A stretch of 61,431 nt of DNA, counting the filler. It is 3 parts of 3 records of this genome, joined end to end, with 100 filler letters (N's around TTAATTAATTAA, not from the genome) between each part and the next. Parts side by side here need not be neighbours in the genome. Positions count along the whole stretch, not along the records: positions 1 to 30,570 come from SRR31156797_5481; 2 more parts are not named here. One strand, written 5' to 3'. Both the position numbers and the translations under genes were made by a program. The notes under the pieces were generated by a model. The model saw nothing but the letters and a program-made list of their open reading frames with translations. It ran no database searches and was not told the origin of the DNA. Of this stretch, positions 18,818 through 27,737 are shown piece by piece. Numbering within the stretch: the stretch's first letter is position 1; each line of letters starts with the position of its first letter.

Positions 18818-19951
18818 ATGAAAATCATTGTAGCTCCCGATAAATTTAAAGGTTCACTAACCGGCCTACAGTTTTGTAATGCTGTGGAAGAAGGCATCAA
18901 ACGCGTCTTGCAAGAGGTAGAAATATTAAAACTTCCGCTTGCTGATGGTGGCGATGGTACCGTTGAAGCATTGCAGTTTTATACCGGCGGGAAGCTGATT
19001 TCGGTGGATGTTCATGACCCGCTGATGCGAAGAATTAAGGCCTCATATCTTTTTTCGGAAGCGCAAAAACTGGCCTTCATCGAGATGGCCGAAGCTTCCG
19101 GAATTCGTCTGATAAATGGGGAAGACCTCAATCCACTGCTTACTACAACCTATGGTACCGGTGAATTGATTGCTGATGCGCTCGCAAAAGGAGCAAAACA
19201 CATCTTAATCGGAATTGGTGGGAGTGCATCCAACGATGCAGGTATGGGCATGGCCAGGGCTCTGGGATATAACTTTTATGACAGGGAAGGCAATGAGCTG
19301 AACGGCATCGGTGATGATTTGGGAAAGCTGAAAACCATCGAAGTTTCGAGAGCAAATCCACTTTTAAATGAAGCCAGAATCGAAGTTGCCTGCGATGTGG
19401 ATAGCCCGCTTTTCGGACCAAAAGGTGCTGCTTATGTTTATGGCCCGCAAAAAGGTGCAAATCAAAAACAGGTTGAAATCCTCAATCAGGGACTTAAAAA
19501 TTTCAATCAAGTAGCAATAGCGCAATTTAAAATGGATCTTCAGCATATTCCGGGCGCCGGTGCTGCAGGAGGGCTGGGTGCCGGGGCAGTTCTGTTTTTA
19601 AAAGGAAAATTAAAATCCGGGATTTCACTGATAAAACAAGTTGCCAGGTTTGATGAGAAAATTAAGGGGGCTGATTGGATCATTACCGGAGAAGGAAAAT
19701 TGGATAGCCAGACATTTTCAGGAAAGGTTATCAAAGGGGTGATTGATTCCCGCACACAACAGAATCTTGCAGTGTTTTGTGGTTTTTCAGAAATTGCACC
19801 AAACGAACATAAAAATTATGGTATCGATTTTCTCGCCGAAACAATGCCTTTGGCAAATAACCAAATAGATTCTATGCAAAACGCTTATGAATATCTTAAG
19901 CTGATAGCCATTAACTTTGCAGAAAAACAGCTTTTAAGCCAGGGAAAATAG
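18818..19951 (+). CDS. glxK: Glycerate kinase (GlxK/GarK family)
   Basis: APDKFKGSL, PLADGGDGT, GIGGSASNDAG, GAGAAGGLG and TGEG. Confidence 0.92.
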   Translation: MKIIVAPDKFKGSLTGLQFCNAVEEGIKRVLQEVEILKLPLADGGDGTVEALQFYTGGKLISVDVHDPLMRRIKASYLFSEAQKLAFIEMAEASGIRLINGEDLNPLLTTTYGTGELIADALAKGAKHILIGIGGSASNDAGMGMARALGYNFYDREGNELNGIGDDLGKLKTIEVSRANPLLNEARIEVACDVDSPLFGPKGAAYVYGPQKGANQKQVEILNQGLKNFNQVAIAQFKMDLQHIPGAGAAGGLGAGAVLFLKGKLKSGISLIKQVARFDEKIKGADWIITGEGKLDSQTFSGKVIKGVIDSRTQQNLAVFCGFSEIAPNEHKNYGIDFLAETMPLANNQIDSMQNAYEYLKLIAINFAEKQLLSQGK

Positions 19952-20243
19952 AAGAATTTGCTTAATAAATGCCGCGCAATCAGGGTTTATTTTGAGATTT
20001 ACATACAACATCCACGGCAAGAAAAAACAAAAAAACAAAGAAAACTATTTCCTGGAGGTCTTTTGGAAGTGATGAGCTTGTGCAGCAATAGATTTTTCTG
20101 TTGGATTAATTGTTCAAAAAAAGCTATTCTCGAAATTATCAGGTTAAAACACATCTATACCAGTGAAATTCTCGGGTTAATATTTTTTAAAATAGAAATG
20201 CCGATCTGAGAAAACCAATTTAAAAAATCATTGTTTGGGTGTT

Positions 20244-21017
20244 ATGAGTATCATCGAGATTGCAATAGGTATTTCTGAAAACATAAATCCTCATGATTTC
20301 ATTCGCGACAGTGGCCCGCTATATCATGAGTTTCACGCCCACGGACTCATCAAGGAACCTTGGAACGCCTTCTCCTCCCTGTTTTTTCTGGTGCCCGTTT
20401 TTTTCTGGATTTGGAAGCTTCGCGGGCAGTATCGGAAATATTGGGTGATAACGGTGTTATTGCCGCTGTTGTTTATGAATGGTGTTGGTTCAACTTTATA
20501 TCATGCGTTCAGGGCTTCTCAGGTAGCACTTCTGCTCGACTGGATGCCGGCATTTGTGATGAACCTGTTCCTGGCCTGGTACATGTGGAACAAAATAACG
20601 AAACGCCCTGTGGTCTCTGTTTTCGCGGTGCTGGGATTTTATGCACTCGCCATATTTTCTGTGATAAGCCTACGGCAGTATATCCAGGAAATGTCGGCAA
20701 ACATTGGGTATCTTTTTATCGGTTTGTCGTTGATGCTGCCTTCATTTATTTACCTCATCAGAACCAGATTCTACAAATGGCATCTGCTTTTTCTGAGCTT
20801 TTTATTTCTGGGGATAGCATTGGTCTTTCGTAGTTTGGATTATCCCACACCGAATCCATTTCCAGAGTTACTTCCTCAGGGTACACATTTTTTATGGCAT
20901 ATCGTAAGTGCTTTTGCGGTGTTTACGCTGGGTTACTTTTTTAAGTTTACCACCGACAGGGAATTACAGTCCAAGCAGGAAACCTCTGTTGATACACGCT
21001 TACAGGCTTCTATGTGA
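20244..21017 (+). CDS. Ceramidase-like/hemolysin-III (CREST superfamily) membrane hydrolase
   Basis: About 7 TM segments, with EPWNA.SS, GSTLYHA, DWMP and GTHFLWH. Confidence 0.72.
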   Translation: MSIIEIAIGISENINPHDFIRDSGPLYHEFHAHGLIKEPWNAFSSLFFLVPVFFWIWKLRGQYRKYWVITVLLPLLFMNGVGSTLYHAFRASQVALLLDWMPAFVMNLFLAWYMWNKITKRPVVSVFAVLGFYALAIFSVISLRQYIQEMSANIGYLFIGLSLMLPSFIYLIRTRFYKWHLLFLSFLFLGIALVFRSLDYPTPNPFPELLPQGTHFLWHIVSAFAVFTLGYFFKFTTDRELQSKQETSVDTRLQASM

Positions 21018-21202
21018 ATAAGGTCTCTTCAGTTGGAAAAAATTCCAACCCGGATTTTGCAACCCCTCCTGTTTTGATTTGTCATTGTTGTTGAAAGATC
21101 AGATAAAGTAAATTGATCACTTCAGCAACCTGAAATCAGCACGGAATATCTGAGAATCAAAAATTTAAATCTGAATTAAAAATTATTCAGGGAGGGAGTA
21201 CT

Positions 21203-23575
21203 ATGTTAAATCAGTACCGTGTAGAGAAAGTAGTGGTATTAACCTTTTTGCTATTAATTACCACGCCGTCATTTACCCAGTCAAGTCCTTCAGGGCTTAC
21301 CCAAACCATCCGTGGTACCATTGTGGATAAAGACAGCAAAACCACCATTCCCGGGGCTCATGTTATTTTGTCAGATCACAACCCAATGATGGGTACTGTG
21401 AGTGATCTGGATGGAAATTTTGTGCTGTATAATGTTCCGGTGGGGCGGCACACCATCAAATGTTCTTTTATGGGGTATGAGGACATATATGTATCCAGGA
21501 TACTGATTGGCTCCGGAAAAGAAGTTGTGCTAAAAATTGAAATGCAGGAGCAATTTGTGAGCATGAAAGCTGTTGAAATTAAGGCCAATGGAAAGAGAGG
21601 CGAAGTTGTGAACAAGATGGCCTCGGTAAGTGCGCGATCGTTTACAGTGGAGGAAACCGAAAGGTATGCCGGAAGTTTCAACGATCCTGCACGAATGGCC
21701 ATGAGTTATGCCGGTGTTTCACCAAATAATTCGGGAAGCAATGAGTTGATTATCCGGGGGAATTCCCCACAGGGCCTGCTCTGGCAGTTGGAAGGCGTTG
21801 ATATTCCCAATCCCAATCACTTTGGCAGTGAGGGTGGAACAGGCGGACCAATAAGTATCCTGAACAGTACGACACTAGCCAACTCCGACTTTTTTACCGG
21901 GGCATTTCCTGCTGAGTATGGCAATGCGTTTTCGGGGGTTTTTGATATCAGGATGCGGAATGGGAATAATCACAAAAATGAATATACGCTGCAAATTGGT
22001 GTAATGGGCATTGAAGCTGCTGCAGAAGGGCCATTTAAAAAAGGAAAGAACAGCAGTTATCTGATTAATTACCGGTATTCAACCCTTGCAATGCTTGAAG
22101 CCATGGGCGTGAAAATTGTGGGTGATGCCACACCCAAATTCCAGGATTTGACGTTCAAAGTTCATCTGCCAACCAATAATGCAGGGGTGTTTTCGGTATT
22201 TGGTATGGGTGGCATCAGCAATATTCACATCGAAGATAAAACCAACGAGGAAGTCGTTTATAGTAAAATGGACTCAAAGGTTGATATGGGAGCATTGGGC
22301 ATTTCCAATATGTACCCGTTTTCTGAAAACACTTACCTGCGAAGCGTATTTTCAATGTCCGGAACAGCGAATTCCTGGGATGAGTTTGTAAACTACGACA
22401 GCGATGAATTTTACCTCAGGGATAAAGACAGGTTATATCAATACAATTTAAGTGCGCGAACAACATTAAACCATAAGTTTAACTCCAGGCACTTTTTAAA
22501 AACAGGGATTTACTACCAAAATCTTCACTATGATGTGTTGTCAAAATATTGGGATGAAAGATTTGGTGGTTTAACCACGGAATTGGACGAAGAGGGTTCC
22601 AGCTACTCGATGCAATATTTTACAAGTTACCGGTTTAGGATCACTGAAGATTTGACTTTTAATGGCGGTGTGCATGTCATGTATTTTGGGCTGAATGGAA
22701 ACATGAGTATCGAACCACGAGCAGGCATTAAATGGCAATTTCACCCCTTACAATCATTGAGTTTTGGGTATGGCAAACATAGCCGCATGGAATCTTTAAG
22801 CACCTATTTGGTATATACTGAAAATCCACAAGGGTTTGAGGTTCAGCAAAACAAGGACCTGGATTTCATCAAAGCCAGGCATTTTGTTTTGGGGTATGAT
22901 AACAGGCTGTCTGAAAACCTGTACCTTAAGGCTGAGGTTTATTATCAACAACTGTTTGATGTTCCTATTGACGGGTCTCCTACAGGTGTGTATTCTATCA
23001 TCAACCAGTTTGACTGGTTTACCCGCGAAACACTTGTAAATGAAGGGAAAGGCTATAATTGTGGGCTTGAGTTAACCCTGGAGAAGTATTTTTCGAATGA
23101 TTATTATTTTCTGGCCACAGGCTCATTGTTCGAATCGAAATATTTAGCTGGCGATGGCAAATGGCGTAACACCATGTTTAATAATGGATATGTGATCAAC
23201 GCCCTTGGCGGGAAAGAGTTTAACATAGGCAGGGCTGCGAAAAACCGAAAACTCATCATCAGTCTCAAAGCCAATTACGGTGGTGGTTACTGGTACACAC
23301 CGGTCGATCTGGAAGCATCCCGGGAAAGGGGACATACCGTGTTGGATGAATCCCAATACCTTTCCATCCAAACAGATGATGTGCTTCGGGTTGACCTGAA
23401 GATTGGCGTTCGCAGAGAGCGTTCAAAATCCACACATCTCATCGAACTTGATATACAGAATGTGACCAATAATCAAACACAGGGTGGTGTTTTTTATAAC
23501 CCGCAAATTGATGATGTGGACAAATGGACATCAGTTGGCATTATTCCCAATATCAATTACAGGATTCAGTTTTAG
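21203..23575 (+). CDS. TonB-dependent receptor with N-terminal carboxypeptidase-like regulatory domain
   Basis: QTIRGTIVD, DPARMA..YAGV, IRGNSP, PNPNHF and C-terminal YRIQF. Confidence 0.9.
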   Translation: MLNQYRVEKVVVLTFLLLITTPSFTQSSPSGLTQTIRGTIVDKDSKTTIPGAHVILSDHNPMMGTVSDLDGNFVLYNVPVGRHTIKCSFMGYEDIYVSRILIGSGKEVVLKIEMQEQFVSMKAVEIKANGKRGEVVNKMASVSARSFTVEETERYAGSFNDPARMAMSYAGVSPNNSGSNELIIRGNSPQGLLWQLEGVDIPNPNHFGSEGGTGGPISILNSTTLANSDFFTGAFPAEYGNAFSGVFDIRMRNGNNHKNEYTLQIGVMGIEAAAEGPFKKGKNSSYLINYRYSTLAMLEAMGVKIVGDATPKFQDLTFKVHLPTNNAGVFSVFGMGGISNIHIEDKTNEEVVYSKMDSKVDMGALGISNMYPFSENTYLRSVFSMSGTANSWDEFVNYDSDEFYLRDKDRLYQYNLSARTTLNHKFNSRHFLKTGIYYQNLHYDVLSKYWDERFGGLTTELDEEGSSYSMQYFTSYRFRITEDLTFNGGVHVMYFGLNGNMSIEPRAGIKWQFHPLQSLSFGYGKHSRMESLSTYLVYTENPQGFEVQQNKDLDFIKARHFVLGYDNRLSENLYLKAEVYYQQLFDVPIDGSPTGVYSIINQFDWFTRETLVNEGKGYNCGLELTLEKYFSNDYYFLATGSLFESKYLAGDGKWRNTMFNNGYVINALGGKEFNIGRAAKNRKLIISLKANYGGGYWYTPVDLEASRERGHTVLDESQYLSIQTDDVLRVDLKIGVRRERSKSTHLIELDIQNVTNNQTQGGVFYNPQIDDVDKWTSVGIIPNINYRIQF

Positions 23576-23701
23576 GAGATTATTCCTGATTTTTGGTTCT
23601 TTATAAATATCCTGTCTTATGCAGAAAGTTTCGTAGCTCATTCATTGATTGTTTGAAGTTTCATATCTTTAACCTCCATTTTGGGAATCAAATTGTAAGC
23701 T

Positions 23702-25636
23702 ATGAAAACCTTAAAAGACCTGAAGATCGCCGCACGGCTGAATCTGATCCTGATTTCAACTTTCATGATTATTATACTCGGGTTCGGAACTTATACCATA
23801 ACCACCCGGCATCAGCGTGTGCTTTCGGAAGCCGATCAAAAAATGATGGAGGAGATTACCGACCTGACAAATCTTGTGGATGTTCAGGTTAGGAATAACC
23901 AAAAAATGGTGGATATATCCCTAAATCTTGCCCACGAATATTTTTATAACCTGGGAGATATTATCCTTACCGGAGAAAATTCATCTTTTGAGGCTACCAA
24001 TCAAATAACCAAAATAACCCATCAGGTGGATGTTCCTGAGTGGGACCTCAACGGCCAGGTTATTCAGGAAACCACCGATATTGTTGATGCCATTAAAAGA
24101 AAGTCGGTGGAAACGGTTACCATATTTCAAAAGATTCCGGAGGGATTTTTAAGGATTTCCACCAATGTCATGAAACTAAACGGGCAGCGTGCCATCGGAA
24201 CATATATTCCAAACAGTTCTCCGGTAATCCAAACGATTTTGCGTGGAGAGACCTACCGGGGCAGAGCCTATGTGGTTAACGACTGGTACCTAACAGCCTA
24301 TGAACCGATTTGGCTCAATGGTGAAATCCGCGGCATTTTATATGTGGGTGTTAAGGAAAAGGATCTGACCGGCCTCAAAGATATTTTTTCTCAAAAGACA
24401 TATTATAAAAATGGATATCCTACGCTAATTTCCGGGAACGGGAACTTCATCGTTACACCTGGATCCGGCAGGGGATTTGGAGATGACGTGACTTTCTTTG
24501 AGGAAATTTCAGCAACCGGACAAAAAGAAGGTAAGGTTGTTGTGGAACTTGAAGGCAAAAAACTGATCCAATATTTTAAGTATTTCGAACCCATTGATGC
24601 ATATGTTTCTATAACAGTTTACCGGAATGACCTGATGGTGATGGTAAAGGCAATCATATTTGCAGTAATTCTAATGATGGCGTTGGGTATACTGATTTTC
24701 ACAGTCATCATTACTCTGGTGACAAGATCGCTCACCAGAGCACTTAAAAAAGGGGTTGTCTTTTCGCAACAGATTTCTGCAGGTAACCTGTCCATTGACC
24801 TCGATGTAAATCAAAAGGATGAAATAGGCCAGCTTGCTGATTCCTTAAAGCTGATGTCGGGGAAGCTATGTGAGATTATTTCAAATATCTCAAGCGGGGC
24901 TGAACAAATACAAGCGGCAAGTGAGCAAATGAACAATGCCTCAATAAATATTGCCCACGAGGCTAATCAGCAGGCTTCATCAACGGAGGAGTTATCTGCT
25001 ACCATTGAGCAAATGATGTCGAATATTGAACAAACCACTGAGAATGCCCGGCAAACTGAAAAGATTGCCATGAATGCAAGCCGGGAAATAGAAACCGGGA
25101 ATAAACTTTCCGAGGATGCTGAAAAAGGTATGAAGGCAGTAGCAGGTAAAATTAAGATGGTAACAGATATTGCATTTAAAACCAACCTGCTCTCGTTAAA
25201 TGCTGCCGTAGAAGCTGCAAGGGCCGGAAAACATGGCAAGGGTTTTGCGGTGGTTGCCTCAGAAATTAAAAAGCTTGCCGAACAAAGCCGAAATGCCGCT
25301 CGGGAGATCAATGATTTTGCCAGCAGAGGCGTTGAACTCTCAGAAGAATCCCGGAATAAATTGAGTGTAATTGTTCCGGAAATTAATAAAACATCCAAGC
25401 TTGTTCAGGAAATCGTTTATTCTGCGACCGAGCAGGAAACCGGTGCAAATCAGGTAAATCAGGCCATTCAGGAACTGAGTAAAATTGCCCAGCAAAATGC
25501 CTCTTTTGCCGAAGAGCTTACACAGAGTGCAAGTACACTTTCTGAGCAGGCCGCCCAACTTTCTGAATTGGTTAGCTTTTTTAATGTCAGTAAAAGTCGC
25601 TCAAAAGCCTACAGTCATCGCCAACTGGAAAATTAG
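23702..25636 (+). CDS. Methyl-accepting chemotaxis protein (Cache sensor, HAMP, MCP signalling domain)
   Basis: Two TMs, LRISTNV...[12 protein letters not shown], and [26 protein letters not shown]. Confidence 0.92.
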   Translation: MKTLKDLKIAARLNLILISTFMIIILGFGTYTITTRHQRVLSEADQKMMEEITDLTNLVDVQVRNNQKMVDISLNLAHEYFYNLGDIILTGENSSFEATNQITKITHQVDVPEWDLNGQVIQETTDIVDAIKRKSVETVTIFQKIPEGFLRISTNVMKLNGQRAIGTYIPNSSPVIQTILRGETYRGRAYVVNDWYLTAYEPIWLNGEIRGILYVGVKEKDLTGLKDIFSQKTYYKNGYPTLISGNGNFIVTPGSGRGFGDDVTFFEEISATGQKEGKVVVELEGKKLIQYFKYFEPIDAYVSITVYRNDLMVMVKAIIFAVILMMALGILIFTVIITLVTRSLTRALKKGVVFSQQISAGNLSIDLDVNQKDEIGQLADSLKLMSGKLCEIISNISSGAEQIQAASEQMNNASINIAHEANQQASSTEELSATIEQMMSNIEQTTENARQTEKIAMNASREIETGNKLSEDAEKGMKAVAGKIKMVTDIAFKTNLLSLNAAVEAARAGKHGKGFAVVASEIKKLAEQSRNAAREINDFASRGVELSEESRNKLSVIVPEINKTSKLVQEIVYSATEQETGANQVNQAIQELSKIAQQNASFAEELTQSASTLSEQAAQLSELVSFFNVSKSRSKAYSHRQLEN

Positions 25637-25719
25637 CGACCGGGTAGAAATATTACCCGTTTATTTTGTTTGAAATTTACACAACCTGAATTTGACCACA
25701 TTCTGGAAGTATATTGCTA

Positions 25720-27423
25720 TTAATCTTCCAGCATCTTTGCAATGCGTGGGCGGGTTTCTTCAAGTTGTTGAAAATCCAGGGTTAATCCCATTGGGCCAAG
25801 AGTTTTCTCAAAGTACGCATAAATGCCGCGCACTGCTTCAAAAGGTGCATTAACCGATTCAAAGGCTGTTGCTCCGGATTTGTTTCTGATGGATTTATCC
25901 GCACCATTTTCCAGTAATAGTTTCACGACTCCTTCACGACAGAAAAAAGAGGCTGTGTGTAAGGCAGTGGAACCCTCGTTGTTTTGCAAATTGATATTAG
26001 CCCCGGCCTCAACAAGCAACTTCGTTATCTCATTTTCTCCAAACAATGCTGCTGTCATCAAGGGTGTGGATCCACCCATAGGCTCGGGCTGGTTAATATC
26101 AGCACCTGAAGCAATGAGTTGCTTTACGGATTTTAAATCTCCTTTGATTATGGCTTCGTGGATGCCCATTTCACATACATTTTGTGAAGCCAATTCCTGT
26201 TGCCGGTCACTAAACTTTTCTTTCTTTCCGGTATAACCAACCAGAACAAGCAGCACAACCACGCTTGAAAATACAGACACTTTAAATATTGTGTTTACCT
26301 GGAAGATTTCGCGAAATGCATAAATCAGTGCGTTGGAAACTGCAAACGTGAGGATAGATAATACCACGAATTTCCAGAACCCTGATATCGGAAAATACAG
26401 CAATGGCAAGGCTATCAAACCCAATACCACCATATGTATGATGTAAACCGCATAAGAATTCCGGTTTAACTCAGCCATTATTATATTTACCCTGTTCAAG
26501 CTAAAGCGAAATGTGTAAATCAATACATGTAGAAAGCTTAACATCGAAAAGACCGCACTTGCGTAATACATCAACCTGTCCACAAATGGGGAGACGAAGT
26601 AATAATCCCTGCCCGGAGTTATCATGTTAAAAAACAGGTTTAATGCAGTAGCCGTAAAAATCATAAGCCCAACACTTAATGCTACATTTGAATAGATGAA
26701 CATTTTTTTATTCCTGGTTTCCTTATCAAAAACACCCAGTTTGTTACATAGTGTACCTAGCATGAACGCGGCGAAATAAACCATTAAACGTTCGTTTTGG
26801 AAGTGAAGTAATGTTGAATGATACCAGCCTGTGTGTCCCAACTGGGAGATTGTCATGCTGTAAACAACACCAACAACAAAGGTCAGGACTACGCCTCCTG
26901 TTAAGGTCATTCTGAATTTTAGCATATTCATCTTATAAAGTCCGAGGTAAATTATCTGGAAAAGGAATAGCACCGGAAGGAACCACAACCAGCCCTGGGT
27001 AGGATGATTTGCAAATGAACCCCAGTCGGCACCTGAGCGTGCATAGGTGTGGAAATATGTAAACCAGGGTTCCTGTGGTAAACCTCTTGAGTAGAGAAAT
27101 ATGGCTTTATAAGCTGGTATTAAAGTTAAAACTGCGACCAACCAGGGGATCATTATTCTTTTTACTTTGGATAGAATGAAGCTGACAGGTTTTTTGTTTT
27201 TAGCAGAAAACCGTACAAAATATCCTGAAATAAAGAAAATGGTAAACATGACGAAAAGATCAAGGTACATCCTGATGAGGCCAATAGAATTACTTTTATC
27301 CGGATCACTCACGATCCAAATTCCTTCCAGAATCGGTTCGTAAACAATGCCTGCATGAAGTACAACCACCATTAAGATGAGGAAGGTCCTTAAATTGTCT
27401 AAGAAAAACACACGTGATTTCAT
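25720..27423 (-). CDS. Acyltransferase-3 family membrane protein fused to ankyrin repeats
   Basis: FLDNLR...VVLH, FFISGYF, LWFLPVL and SYAVYIIH. C-terminal GSTPLMTAA / GSTALHTAS ankyrin repeats. Confidence 0.88.
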   Translation of the reverse strand: MKSRVFFLDNLRTFLILMVVVLHAGIVYEPILEGIWIVSDPDKSNSIGLIRMYLDLFVMFTIFFISGYFVRFSAKNKKPVSFILSKVKRIMIPWLVAVLTLIPAYKAIFLYSRGLPQEPWFTYFHTYARSGADWGSFANHPTQGWLWFLPVLFLFQIIYLGLYKMNMLKFRMTLTGGVVLTFVVGVVYSMTISQLGHTGWYHSTLLHFQNERLMVYFAAFMLGTLCNKLGVFDKETRNKKMFIYSNVALSVGLMIFTATALNLFFNMITPGRDYYFVSPFVDRLMYYASAVFSMLSFLHVLIYTFRFSLNRVNIIMAELNRNSYAVYIIHMVVLGLIALPLLYFPISGFWKFVVLSILTFAVSNALIYAFREIFQVNTIFKVSVFSSVVVLLVLVGYTGKKEKFSDRQQELASQNVCEMGIHEAIIKGDLKSVKQLIASGADINQPEPMGGSTPLMTAALFGENEITKLLVEAGANINLQNNEGSTALHTASFFCREGVVKLLLENGADKSIRNKSGATAFESVNAPFEAVRGIYAYFEKTLGPMGLTLDFQQLEETRPRIAKMLED

Positions 27424-27538
27424 AACTTAAATTTTTCTGGGTTCGTGATTAAAAATTTGTTGATACAAAGAACCTGAATACGGTGGCGCATGGCTAATCA
27501 ACTATAAATCAAATCCTGTCAAGTTTGGAGAAGGAATT

Positions 27539-27572
27539 TAAATTATGATGCATGCATATAAATTATGATGCA
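27539..27572. promoter_or_regulatory. 14-bp exact direct repeat with 20-bp period, candidate AraC-type binding site
   Basis: TAAATTATGATGCA at 27539-27552 and 27559-27572, between divergent genes. Confidence 0.6.
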
Positions 27573-27737
27573 AAAAGCATTTTTTAATTCGAAATATCAC
27601 AATTAGTCAGGGTTATTTTATCACAAATTGACTGGTATGTTTTACTAAGATTTCAAATCTAAACCAACGAAAATTTGCACCTCATATCAGAGTTTGTATC
27701 TTTACCAGATTATTGATCGTATCACCATGTTATAATC

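Noticed and set aside
19958-20209. 83-aa ORF between glycerate kinase and the CREST hydrolase
   Set aside because: AT-rich sequence with a TTG start and no motif, probably intergenic.
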